From positions 19,740 to 83,739 of the forward strand of contig JAMCTH010000004.1 of the NCBI GenBank assembly GCA_023379025.1: a DNA stretch of 64,000 bases, written 5' to 3'. Below the pieces are notes generated by a model, which was not told the DNA's origin, did not search any database, and worked only from the letters and a program-made list of their open reading frames with translations. Below are positions 1 through 8,684 of the stretch, piece after piece. The first letter of the stretch is position 1. Each line of letters begins with the position of its first letter. Origin of the DNA: Patescibacteria group bacterium (GTDB taxonomy: Bacteria > Patescibacteriota > Microgenomatia > UBA10105 > UBA927). Both the position numbers and the translations under genes were made by a program.

Positions 1-143
1 TACGCTCATATTCTCGCACCCGTCAAACGGCAAGGAAATCTCCATAAGCGGTGCAGGCGCTCTGTTCACCGAAGTGACCAACAGCCTGAGCATTTTGCAG
101 TAGCGGCCGACCCAGGGAGTAATAGCAACTATCTCCCGCCTCC

Positions 144-185
144 GATTCAACAACTTACCGCGACCGCTGTAAATCGTTGAAGCTA
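144..185. repeat. Dispersed ~40-bp imperfect palindrome, copy 1 (overlaps stop codon of the PaaX/Cas2-fold gene)
   Basis: gattcaacaacttaccgcgaccgctgtaaatcgttgaagcta; 148-170 is the exact reverse complement of 939-961; related copies at 30693-30734 and 51911-51950. Confidence 0.85.
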
Positions 186-932
186 ATCAGAAAGACCGAA
201 ATACTGGAGCAACATCCTGTCATCCTCAATTCTCTCCGCGAGAATATATCGCACCCTCATCGGGACGCCGTACAGTTCCCGCAAAAACTCAATCTCATCA
301 AAACACTGATACGGAGAAACGTATACACTTTTTTGAAGTTGATAGAGATTGAGTTGCCGAAGCCTTTTCCGAAAAATGTCGCGTATCTGCTTGCTTTCTT
401 CAGGAATATCAAATATTACTATTCTCCATTTCTTATCCCAATGCGTTGGTTTCCGCAAAGAAAGTGAGTCGAGCTTAAACGTGAGCGCCCGCTCCATGCC
501 ATGCTTGGTTATGTATACCGTAATTGATCCGTCGCTCTGTTTTTTCGTCGTGATATAACGTTGTTTTTCCATCTGGGCGATCCGTTGCTTTATCCTCCAG
601 GATGAAACGTCTTTTTCGTAAAGATCATACCCATGGATAAATGCCCTCCCCCGCTCTTCGGCTTCGAAAACAAAAAGCATTCCTTCTCCCGCTGCCTTGG
701 CCGCGTAACAAAGAATATCCTTCACGGAGGGAAACTTGTATGATTTATGTTGGGGAGGTGAGGAATTCTCGAAAAGCTGTTTTGCTTTATTGAGCTGTAT
801 GTTCGCAAATGGATGACCACCTCGGTTCTTACCCGACCTCTTACCCACTTTCTTACTTACCTTCCTGGCGTCACTCATACCCGAAAGATGCGAATATATA
901 TTTACTTCTTGTACTCTATCAGAAATATTCAA
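183..932 (-). CDS. PaaX-like protein: winged-helix region plus C-terminal Cas2-like (ferredoxin-fold) domain
   Basis: Motif WDKKWRIVIFDIPE...RDIFRKRL...LQKSVYVSPY is typical of the PaaX middle/Cas2-like domain; true start probably ATG at 878; no cas1 or CRISPR array nearby. Confidence 0.75.
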   Translation of the reverse strand: MNISDRVQEVNIYSHLSGMSDARKVSKKVGKRSGKNRGGHPFANIQLNKAKQLFENSSPPQHKSYKFPSVKDILCYAAKAAGEGMLFVFEAEERGRAFIHGYDLYEKDVSSWRIKQRIAQMEKQRYITTKKQSDGSITVYITKHGMERALTFKLDSLSLRKPTHWDKKWRIVIFDIPEESKQIRDIFRKRLRQLNLYQLQKSVYVSPYQCFDEIEFLRELYGVPMRVRYILAERIEDDRMLLQYFGLSD

Positions 933-963
933 GAAATAACAGCGGTCGCGGTAAGTTGTTGTG
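928..963. repeat. Dispersed palindrome copy 2, inverted relative to copy 1
   Basis: acagcggtcgcggtaagttgttg (939-961) is a 23-bp perfect reverse complement of 148-170. Confidence 0.85.
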
Positions 964-1322
964 CGTAAAAGAAGCTTTTATAGATCAATACAGAGCATAA
1001 AGCCTGACAACATACCGTCAATACATTGATGTCAAATTCTCTAGCCAGAAGCACGATACACCATCTCGTCTCTCTGTCTCATGCACATACCAACCATGAT
1101 ATAATGCAGGAGAAACGGGAATTAGTCCTATAATAAACGCGATTCAGGACAGAAATTATTGAAACATCTCATGACATGTGCATTGTATCGACCGACTCTC
1201 TCATCTCGCATCAGGTGGCACACAAGGGCAACAGAAAGTCGTACGGTACAAAATGGAAACGGATGTCGGTAAATAGCGATGGCGGCCTCAGAATTCCGCC
1301 GGAGCAGGGATTAGGTAAAATG

Positions 1323-2921
1323 CTAGCATGAGGGTCTCAATCCCATCATGCCATTAGGTCCGTAGTTAAATGGTATAACAGAGGTCTCCAAAACCTCTAT
1401 TGGGGGTTCGATTCCCTCCGGACCTGCTGAGAGAGAAATTGAGGCCGCGCCGGTCTGCCGGCTCTGCGCGGGTGGGGTCGCGCAGAGTGTTTTGAAGGGC
1501 TCGCGGAAAACGGCTGAGAGCCGCCGGTCTTTCAAAAAGAAGTTCGAGCCGATACGTTTGGCGAAGATTGCCAAATCTTCGCAGGCATTGTCTGCGCGCG
1601 CGATTTTATGCGCCTGAAAGGCGCTGTCTATAAATTCCTTCATGCGTTCGAGCCGTTTATTTTTCCCCGATAAATTGTCTTTCTTTTCTTCTTCCATCTG
1701 ACGCTTTACTTCTGAAAGCGTATTTTTCTTTTTCCGGTATGTTTCTTGGTCGATTGTTTGATCAAGAAGTCCATCAAGCAATACATCGAGTTTTCTGCTT
1801 ATTTCCACTAACTTTAATTCCAAAATTTGCTTTCGCTTTTCTACTCCACTCGTTTCCGATTCCGAATCGGCAACAAATTTTTGCCGCCACTCGTCCTCCC
1901 ACTCCGGCGGCAATCCCACAGAAGCAATCAAGAGACGAATCTGTTTCTCAAATTCGGAATCGGTTAGATATTTACTGAAACACGGACCGAATTTCTTTGT
2001 ACATCGGTAATATGTGTATGTGACCTTACCTCGCGTCGTGCGGTAGTATTTTGTATGGATTTCTCCTGTAATTGCTCCACCGCACTCTCCGCACCGCGCA
2101 AGTCCGACGAATGGAAAGTGATGCCCCTTAAAATGCGGCCGCTCGATCCGTATAAGCTCTGTCTGCACTTTATGAAACAAATCGCGGCTAATAATCTGTT
2201 CATGCGTGCCGTCATAATATTCGCCGAGGTGAACCATTTGACCGATATAAAATCTATTAGCAAGCATATTGCGAATGGTGTTGATATGAATGATGCGGCC
2301 GCTTTTCCTCCGAATGCCGCTATCTGCAAACATACGCGCAATATCAGTAAAAGAAACAGTACGCGTGGCAAATCGTTCAAACGATTTCTGCACGAGCGGC
2401 GCAGTCTTCGGATCAACGAGAATGGTATGTGCTTTGAGGTCATTCAGATACCCAAGTGGTGCATTATGCGGCCACACTCCGTTTCGCAATTTCTGCCGGA
2501 TGCCGCGCTTCACATTTTCCGAAAGGTTATCGACGTAATACTTAGACTGGCCGAACGCGATCGACAGCATAAATTTCCCCTGTGGTGTGTTATCAAACCA
2601 AAACGTCGGAAACTTGAGCCCTGCGAGCTTACCTGTGTCGATAAGGTAGATAATCCGACCGCCGTCTATAGAATTGCGTGCAAGCCTATCCGGATGCCAT
2701 GCGATAATACCCGCGGCCAATCCCCGTTCAATTTTACCTATAAGATCGGCAAATAGCGGACGGCCAGGTTCTTTGGCGGTTCTGGATTCGGTGATGAATT
2801 CGGAAATTTCTACTTGTTCCCGTTTCGCATATTCATTTATTTCTGCAACTTGTGCCTCTATGGATAAAACCTGCCTATCTTTCTCATCAGTCGATCTTCT
2901 GCAGTATGCGATGTATTTCAT
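1323..2921 (-). CDS. Large serine recombinase (resolvase domain, recombinase domain, zinc ribbon, coiled coil)
   Basis: N-terminal YCRRST catalytic Ser motif, DRLARN, CGECG...YYRC zinc ribbon; last 33 codons are read from the antisense strand of tRNA-Trp and its upstream flank. Confidence 0.93.
   Translation of the reverse strand: MKYIAYCRRSTDEKDRQVLSIEAQVAEINEYAKREQVEISEFITESRTAKEPGRPLFADLIGKIERGLAAGIIAWHPDRLARNSIDGGRIIYLIDTGKLAGLKFPTFWFDNTPQGKFMLSIAFGQSKYYVDNLSENVKRGIRQKLRNGVWPHNAPLGYLNDLKAHTILVDPKTAPLVQKSFERFATRTVSFTDIARMFADSGIRRKSGRIIHINTIRNMLANRFYIGQMVHLGEYYDGTHEQIISRDLFHKVQTELIRIERPHFKGHHFPFVGLARCGECGGAITGEIHTKYYRTTRGKVTYTYYRCTKKFGPCFSKYLTDSEFEKQIRLLIASVGLPPEWEDEWRQKFVADSESETSGVEKRKQILELKLVEISRKLDVLLDGLLDQTIDQETYRKKKNTLSEVKRQMEEEKKDNLSGKNKRLERMKEFIDSAFQAHKIARADNACEDLAIFAKRIGSNFFLKDRRLSAVFREPFKTLCATPPAQSRQTGAASISLSAGPEGIEPPIEVLETSVIPFNYGPNGMMGLRPSC
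1356..1426 (+). tRNA. trnW: tRNA-Trp (CCA), integration site of the island
   Basis: Acceptor aggtccg/cggacct, anticodon arm gaggt-ctccaaa-acctc, T-loop ttcgatt. Confidence 0.93.
1424..1526. repeat. attL arm (A), 103-bp perfect inverted repeat of 2967-3069
   Basis: ctgctgagagagaaattgaggcc...gagagccgccg reverse-complements cggcggctctc...tctctcagcag. Confidence 0.93.
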
Positions 2922-2930
2922 ATAATTAAA

Positions 2931-3224
2931 AGAAATTTTTGCGGGGTCTTTCCTTCTTTTTGCTTTCGGCGGCTCTCAGCCGTTTTCCGCGAGCCCTTCA
3001 AAACACTCTGCGCGACCCCACCCGCGCAGAGCCGGCAGACCGGCGCGGCCTCAATTTCTCTCTCAGCAGTGATTTATGAAAAAGTTCGAACCTATTTTCT
3101 CGTTAACTCCTAGCTCGCCCCGCCTGCGGCGGGGATCGCATGGTCGGCGCGTCGCCCCCGCCCGACGCGCCTGCAAACGCATCGGCTCGAAATTTTAAAT
3201 TCCAAAGACCCCGCAGAAATTTCT
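2931..3224. other. Non-coding cassette: 21-bp inverted-repeat stem enclosing an inverted full attP copy (candidate ncRNA or second att site)
   Basis: agaaatttttgcggggtcttt (2931-2951) pairs with aaagaccccgcagaaatttct (3204-3224), 1 mismatch; 2967-3172 is arm A plus arm B joined at GCAG (3066-3069). Confidence 0.75.
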
Positions 3225-3243
3225 GTAGGTATCTTTTTTCGTA

Positions 3244-3289
3244 TTGCTAACTATAGTATGTAGAACTAAAGTTAGCAAGTGGCTATAAT
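3244..3289 (+). promoter_or_regulatory. Palindromic operator (C-box-like) overlapping the promoter of the HTH-endonuclease operon
   Basis: ttgctaactatagt-N7-actaaagttagcaa (3244-3278, 13/14 match) followed by TATAAT at 3284-3289. Confidence 0.6.
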
Positions 3290-3302
3290 TCCCGTTAGAA
3301 CA

Positions 3303-3509
3303 ATGAAAAAAGATGTCCTCATCAAATTCGGACAAAAAGTTCGCGAAGAAAGGTTAAAACGAAAACTTTCGCAAGAAGAGTTTGCCGATATTGCCGGTGT
3401 TCATCGTACATATATAGGCATGATTGAGAGAGCCGAAAAAAATATTACACTTGAAAACATCGAAAAAATAGCCAAAGCATTTAACTTTAATATCAAAAAT
3501 CTTTTTTAA
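3303..3509 (+). CDS. XRE-family HTH regulator, probable restriction-modification controller (C) protein
   Basis: LSQEEFADIAGVHRTYIGMIERAEKNITLENIEKIA is characteristic of C-proteins; lies directly upstream of the nuclease; ATG at 3303. Confidence 0.85.
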   Translation: MKKDVLIKFGQKVREERLKRKLSQEEFADIAGVHRTYIGMIERAEKNITLENIEKIAKAFNFNIKNLF

Positions 3510-3517
3510 AAATTTCT

Positions 3518-4366
3518 ATGCTTCCTAACCCAAAATATTTAATTTCTGATAAGAGTTTTTGGGCGCATATTAAGTTTTTGTCTGAAAATTTAGGCTATTC
3601 TGACAGAGGAACCTCAAAACTAAAATCTTACACTAAAGAAGAAATTCTGAAAGTAATGCAACTAACAGGCCTAGACACTTCACACTTAACAAAAAATACA
3701 ATCCATGAAGATACTTACTTAAACACAATTGTAGGTTATTTGAACTACCGATCAAAAATTCTAGAGTCGGAAGTTGAAAAACAACTGATGACAAGAGAGA
3801 ACGCCAAGGAAATTTTTGAGGATTTGAAAAAAACATTAAAACCAAAATGTAAGCTTCCAATGAATAAACAAAGGGGTAAAAAGAAACATTACGCCTACCT
3901 GACTTGTATCGTAAACATGTTAACGGAAGCTACCCTAAAAAAGGCTACTTTTGACCAAGATCCACATTCCTTAACAATAATAACTAAAAATAAAATGCCG
4001 TTACGAACATTTACACGAAGATTTGATGGCGCATATCCAACGATACTCAATCCGTTAGCGATTTGGGAAATTAAAGAATACTACGGAACCACTACGTTTG
4101 GCAGTAGAGTGGCAGATGGTATATACGAATCAATCCTTGACGGAGAAGAATTATCTGAATTAAAGGAGAATGAACATATAGAAGTATTTCACTATTTGAT
4201 GGTTGATGATCATTTCACTTGGTGGATCAAAGGAAAATCATATCTTTGTAGAATAATTGACCTATTGCATATGGGGTTTGTAACTGAGGCAATATTTGGA
4301 AGAGAAGTATTAACTCGCTGGCCAATAGTTGTTGAAAGTTGGAAAAAAATCAGTTTACCACGTTAA
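3518..4366 (+). CDS. Putative PD-(D/E)XK restriction endonuclease
   Basis: FDGAYP...WEIKEYY resembles a D...ExK catalytic motif; lies between the C-like HTH gene and a methyltransferase. Confidence 0.6.
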   Translation: MLPNPKYLISDKSFWAHIKFLSENLGYSDRGTSKLKSYTKEEILKVMQLTGLDTSHLTKNTIHEDTYLNTIVGYLNYRSKILESEVEKQLMTRENAKEIFEDLKKTLKPKCKLPMNKQRGKKKHYAYLTCIVNMLTEATLKKATFDQDPHSLTIITKNKMPLRTFTRRFDGAYPTILNPLAIWEIKEYYGTTTFGSRVADGIYESILDGEELSELKENEHIEVFHYLMVDDHFTWWIKGKSYLCRIIDLLHMGFVTEAIFGREVLTRWPIVVESWKKISLPR

Positions 4367-5263
4367 AAGCAATCTCTCTTTAACGAATTCTCCATCCATA
4401 TTTTCTCCGGATTTCTGAAAACGTTTCAGCATGGAATGCCCATTATCTATAAATAATTCACGCTTAAACAAGTCTAACGGAAACTCAAAACTTAACACTT
4501 TATTTCCAGACTTTTTTGTGCCGTCGATTGACAAAGCCACCTTAGCTCCCTTTCTTACACAATCTTCAATCGCTGTAAAAAGATCTTTTAACTTAAAAGA
4601 TTGAGCGCCATATAGAATTGCTTGGCTATCTACATATGGTGGGTCGCAATATATTATATCCCCTTTTTCGGCTAAACGCATTGTTTCTCGATAGTCTGCA
4701 TGAAGAAACTTTGTATTTTTAACTCTGGAATTCCAGATGGCAACTCTATTTTCAAATGACTCTGGGGGTACTGGTTTGTGAGGTCCAATTGGAGTACTAA
4801 TTTTCCCTTCTTTTGTAAAACGCATGACACCACCATAACAAGTTCTTGAAATGAACAATAAATCAAGAGGATTCGGGTGAGCGTTATAGCTGTTTTTTAC
4901 TTTTTCGTAATGAGACTTTCGATCGGCTACAAATTGATTCCAATTTAAACTATAACTCTCAACTAATTTATCCGGAAAGTTTTGCAACAATTCCATCAAC
5001 TCAATTAAGGGCTTAAGCATATCACCAGCAATTGCTTTAGTTGGATTAAAAGTCGCCAAGACGGCCCCTGTCCCAACAAAAGGTTCTATGTATTTGTTAT
5101 AGTCTGCAGGAAACATTGAAACTATTTTTTCTGCAAATCTATGCTTATTACCCACCCACTTAAGTAATTGTGGCGGTGATCCAATAACTAGTGGTGTATC
5201 ATCAAACATTCTATTTTGAGTATATGTGGTAAATGACGAGATTGGAAGGACAAAAGGATTCAT
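4355..5263 (-). CDS. Dam/D12-class N6-adenine DNA methyltransferase
   Basis: LKWVGNK, YIEPFVGTGA (SAM-binding motif I), YCDPPY (catalytic motif IV). Confidence 0.92.
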   Translation of the reverse strand: MNPFVLPISSFTTYTQNRMFDDTPLVIGSPPQLLKWVGNKHRFAEKIVSMFPADYNKYIEPFVGTGAVLATFNPTKAIAGDMLKPLIELMELLQNFPDKLVESYSLNWNQFVADRKSHYEKVKNSYNAHPNPLDLLFISRTCYGGVMRFTKEGKISTPIGPHKPVPPESFENRVAIWNSRVKNTKFLHADYRETMRLAEKGDIIYCDPPYVDSQAILYGAQSFKLKDLFTAIEDCVRKGAKVALSIDGTKKSGNKVLSFEFPLDLFKRELFIDNGHSMLKRFQKSGENMDGEFVKERLLLTW

Positions 5264-5266
5264 ACT

Positions 5267-5866
5267 TCAATTATTTCTTAATAAACCACAAAATACTCCT
5301 CTAATTTCGAGCTCTTTTGGATAGATATTAGAAAGTGTTTTATTTCGAGGCTCTAAATAGACTTTTCCATTTCTATTCCTAAAAACTTTGAGCGTGGCGC
5401 CCTTTTCCGTAATTGCGACTACTCTGTCTCCATCCTGTGCAGTTTTCTGATGCCGGACGACTATAACGTCGCCATCAAGGATATTATCATCCTGCATGCT
5501 TGTCCCTTTTACTTCAAGCGCATAATAATCACCCTTCCTGCTTATCATGGACAATGGTACATCGATCGGCTCCGGATTCTCGATCGGCTCTATTGGATTG
5601 CCAGCCGCTATAATGCCGAGCTTGAATATACGGCCAAACTGCTGAACAGTCGTACTGATACCGCGGGCTATATTATCTGTTTTTTGAAGAAATCCCCTCG
5701 TTTCAAGCTCTTCAACGAAATGCTGGGCAGTACTGACGGATTTTCGGAAATTTCCAGCAATCTCATGGAGCGAAGGTGAATACCCTTTGTTTTTGACGAA
5801 ATTTTTGATGAAATCCAACACCTGCTTCTGCTTCGGTGTGATTGTCATGGAAGTATTGACTTTCAT
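5267..5866 (-). CDS. lexA: LexA-family repressor (HTH plus S24 peptidase), island-borne
   Basis: TPKQKQVLDFI...GYSPSLHEIA, Ala-Gly cleavage site IAAG, catalytic GTSM and ATLK; likely start ATG 5848. Confidence 0.88.
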   Translation of the reverse strand: MKVNTSMTITPKQKQVLDFIKNFVKNKGYSPSLHEIAGNFRKSVSTAQHFVEELETRGFLQKTDNIARGISTTVQQFGRIFKLGIIAAGNPIEPIENPEPIDVPLSMISRKGDYYALEVKGTSMQDDNILDGDVIVVRHQKTAQDGDRVVAITEKGATLKVFRNRNGKVYLEPRNKTLSNIYPKELEIRGVFCGLLRNN

Positions 5867-5908
5867 ACGCAGTTGTCCTATTATTAATTTATTACTTTTT
5901 TATGACTT

Positions 5909-6520
5909 TTGTCAATACTCAAAATGAATGACCAATACCTATCACCGCTATTATCTCAAATTTTGAACGTGCCTGAAAAGCACAAGGTATTCGTAAGCTT
6001 CCATCACGAAGACCAAGCATATCGTGACCAATTTGATCAATTTTATAGTCAATATTTCATAAGCAAGTCTGTGGATTTTGGCGACATAGAACCGGACAAT
6101 AGTGACGAATATATCAAACGACTGATTCAAGAAGAGCACATCTCCGATACCAGCGTAGTTGTGGTTCTATATGGAGCAAGCACATGGAAAAGAAAACATA
6201 TCGACTGGGAGATGTCAGCGGCGCTTCAAGAAAAAGTCGGCGGACATTCTGGCTTAATACTCATGATCCTTCCCACATTCCCCGTCCGCCCGTACAACGC
6301 ATACGGTCAGTACGACGAATCGTTCCTGCATCCGTATTTTCATCCGAGAGCTTCTGCGAATCTGAAATCGGGGTATGCGACTCTATTATATTGGCCGGGC
6401 TTATATCCCAGCCTGCCTGCCGTACAAATGACTGATGCAATCCAAAACGCGTTTGACCGGCGAATAACCCATAAGAAACTTATTGACAATTCTCACCCGC
6501 AATATCAAAATAACCGCTAA
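5909..6520 (+). CDS. TIR-domain protein (ThsB/MTH538-like)
   Basis: HKVFVSFHH...SVVVVLYG..TWKRKHIDWE(catalytic Glu)MSAAL; likely start ATG 5924. Confidence 0.82.
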   Translation: MSILKMNDQYLSPLLSQILNVPEKHKVFVSFHHEDQAYRDQFDQFYSQYFISKSVDFGDIEPDNSDEYIKRLIQEEHISDTSVVVVLYGASTWKRKHIDWEMSAALQEKVGGHSGLILMILPTFPVRPYNAYGQYDESFLHPYFHPRASANLKSGYATLLYWPGLYPSLPAVQMTDAIQNAFDRRITHKKLIDNSHPQYQNNR

Positions 6521-6522
6521 GC

Positions 6523-7152
6523 ATGAACTTGAGTAATTTATTACGAATTTATGTCGATCATTACGCGCTAAACATAGAAATAGGTCTTATCCCTATCGGT
6601 ATCGCGATCGGTCTTGTTGTGATCCTTGTATTAAAAAAAGCTTTTAACTGGAATTTTGGTTTCAATGAAGTTGAACTTAATATAAATCTGGGCGGAATTG
6701 GAAATGTAAAAATCACGCCCAATCATGAGGTAAGGCAAATTGCTCATAAAGCATGGACAGAATTGGTTACGCGAAAGGCCGGTCTTCTATTTGAGGCGGA
6801 ACACGATGTAATCATCGAGGTGTATAACTCGTGGTATCAACTATTTAAAGAAATCAGACTGATGATAAGGAGCGTCCCGGCATCCCAGTTAAAAAATAAC
6901 GACACGAAACGCTTGATAGAAATTCTGGTAAAATCACTCAATCTTGGAATGAGGCCGCACTTAACAAAATGGCAAGCGAGATTTAGACGATGGTATGAGG
7001 CAGAATCTAAGAAGCCTAAAAACGCAGAAAAAAGCCCACAAGATATTCAAAAAAAATATGCGCGTTATGATGAACTCGTGGCAGACTTAATAAAAATAAA
7101 CGGCCAGCTTATTGAATATACTGAAGAACTGAAAAAACTATCCCTAAAATAG
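6523..7152 (+). CDS. Membrane-anchored helical protein, likely co-transcribed with the TIR gene
   Basis: One N-terminal hydrophobic helix (IGLIPIGIAIGLVVILVL); 2-bp gap after the TIR stop. Confidence 0.7.
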   Translation: MNLSNLLRIYVDHYALNIEIGLIPIGIAIGLVVILVLKKAFNWNFGFNEVELNINLGGIGNVKITPNHEVRQIAHKAWTELVTRKAGLLFEAEHDVIIEVYNSWYQLFKEIRLMIRSVPASQLKNNDTKRLIEILVKSLNLGMRPHLTKWQARFRRWYEAESKKPKNAEKSPQDIQKKYARYDELVADLIKINGQLIEYTEELKKLSLK

Positions 7153-7599
7153 GCGGCGTCCGCCGCCCCCGCTCCCCCGGATAGTACTAGCTGAAAAGCG
7201 TGCGTCTCCGCACGCTCTATCCACGACCCGAACGTGGTGCGCAGCGTGCTCAAATAATTTCTTTGCGCGAAGCGCTAACCTATAAGTGGGCGCGCAAGCC
7301 GTACGAACGCTGGACAGGGATACGATATGAGCGGCGGGGGCGAAAAGCGGATCATCCCGTCGACTGCAGGACGTACTAAATCAAAATAGACTACGGTAGA
7401 GACTGAAAAAGTAAATAAACCACCTGAACATTGGCGAGGCGCCCCCTAGGGCGCCCTCTCGCACAAAGGCGGGGTCGCCGCCATCCGCTCTTGTTTTGGG
7501 TGGGAGGGTGATACGGAATCAAGAAAGCATTGGCTTTGTGTTAATATTAATCCATCAATGCTCGCTCCCTAGCGAGAACGCGCGCGCAGACAGTGCCTT

Positions 7600-7706
7600 A
7601 GGCGCGTCGGGCGAGGGCGACGCGCCGACCATGCGATCCCCGCCGCAGGCGGGGCGAGCTAGGAGTTAACGAGAAAATAGGTTCGAACTTTTTCATAAAT
7701 CACTGC
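7600..7706. repeat. attR arm (B), 107-bp inverted repeat of 3066-3172 (1 mismatch)
   Basis: Reverse complement matches except at 3158/7614; encodes the alternative recombinase tail VIYEKVRTYFLVNS* on the - strand. Confidence 0.93.
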
Positions 7707-7790
7707 CATAACAACGACGTGGCTTGTAGAGAAGGTATGTTTTATTTCTATATTCTTAATTCTTAGTTTAAATGCCATAACCGGTTGCTT

Positions 7791-8474
7791 TCAGCGTGAA
7801 TGTGGGTCTTGATCGCGGGTCAGCAGTCGCCACGCTCTCCGGAGATTCCCATGGGTATACCACCAATGACGCGTGAGTCCCGTTGGGGAATACGTTTTTT
7901 CTTTCAACATAAAGCCATACTGTTTTTCCCACCGCGTGAACGCAGCTTGCCATATATGAGGATCTGTTGGCTTCTCGACGAGCATCAGAAGCGACGCCAC
8001 GCGTCTGAGCGCCTGCGTTGCTTCGAACGGGCTATGGAGCGGCAAAAGCCGCTTCGCTTGTCGATCGACGTGGGCAAGACACCGTTGATGGGGAATGTTC
8101 CCGAAATGGGAAGCTACTCCTGCCACAATGGATCCTTTCCAATCGCTCACTGCTCCCATGGGGAGATGGGTTCCCAAAAGTCCAGCAAGAACGGTGAGAT
8201 CCCGATGCATCGCTTCATAGGTCTCACTCGGAATGAATGACCACCAGAGATGTTCTTTCGTCGTCACGTTGCGGTGAATGAAAAAGACACCGACTCTCCC
8301 AAGCCACTTTCCATCGCACCCGTAGACCCACGGTGCATGGTTTGGAGCAGTTTTCGGAGGCAGGATGTGCCACACATCGGATGCCGTCAGTGGATGATCA
8401 AGGAATTGCCCAAAACGAAGAGAAAGTGTTGGACGGGACCAATCGTTGACGGAAAGAATTTCTTCCCGATTCAC
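7791..8474 (-). pseudogene. Degraded DDE transposase (IS256/Mutator-like)
   Basis: CDGKW, AVSDW and HQRCLAHV motifs; ORF is short and ends before the expected catalytic Glu region. Confidence 0.6.
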
Positions 8475-8684
8475 CCGTCCGCGGACAAACCGGGTAAACG
8501 CACCGAAATCTGCCCACGTTACGGACGGACGGGGGAATCGAACAAAGGATCGTGCACATACGAGACAGTTTTAGCAAAGGTTTGGGAGGTTGTGAAGGGC
8601 TAAACTGTTAATTCAAGACACTTTTTTCTTTACTTAAGCCGACTTTCTCTAGCATTATACCCCACATATCCCTATACTACGTCT

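Larger units (their letters stand above)
1424..7706. mobile_element. tRNA-Trp-integrated genomic island driven by the serine recombinase, with defence-type cargo
   Basis: 4-bp core CTGC at 1424-1427 and 7703-7706; joining the flanks restores the tRNA end ggacctg-CCA; joining the island ends reproduces the internal sequence at 2967-3172; cargo is AT-rich. Confidence 0.88.

Noticed and set aside
183-932. CRISPR-Cas locus suggested by the Cas2-like domain
   Set aside because: No cas1 or other cas genes and no repeat-spacer array; the palindromes are dispersed, not arrayed.
2931-3224. Retron msr-msd (a1/a2-like terminal stem)
   Set aside because: No reverse transcriptase nearby; the enclosed sequence is explained as an attP copy.
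7153-7599. oriT or replication origin in the GC-rich hairpin region of the island (tataagtgggcgc resembles a MOBQ nic site)
   Set aside because: Only a partial match and no relaxase or rep gene; cannot be supported by eye.
7727-8651. Terminal inverted repeats of the degraded transposase (tagagaaggt / actttctcta)
   Set aside because: Only 9/10 bp and no target-site duplication found.
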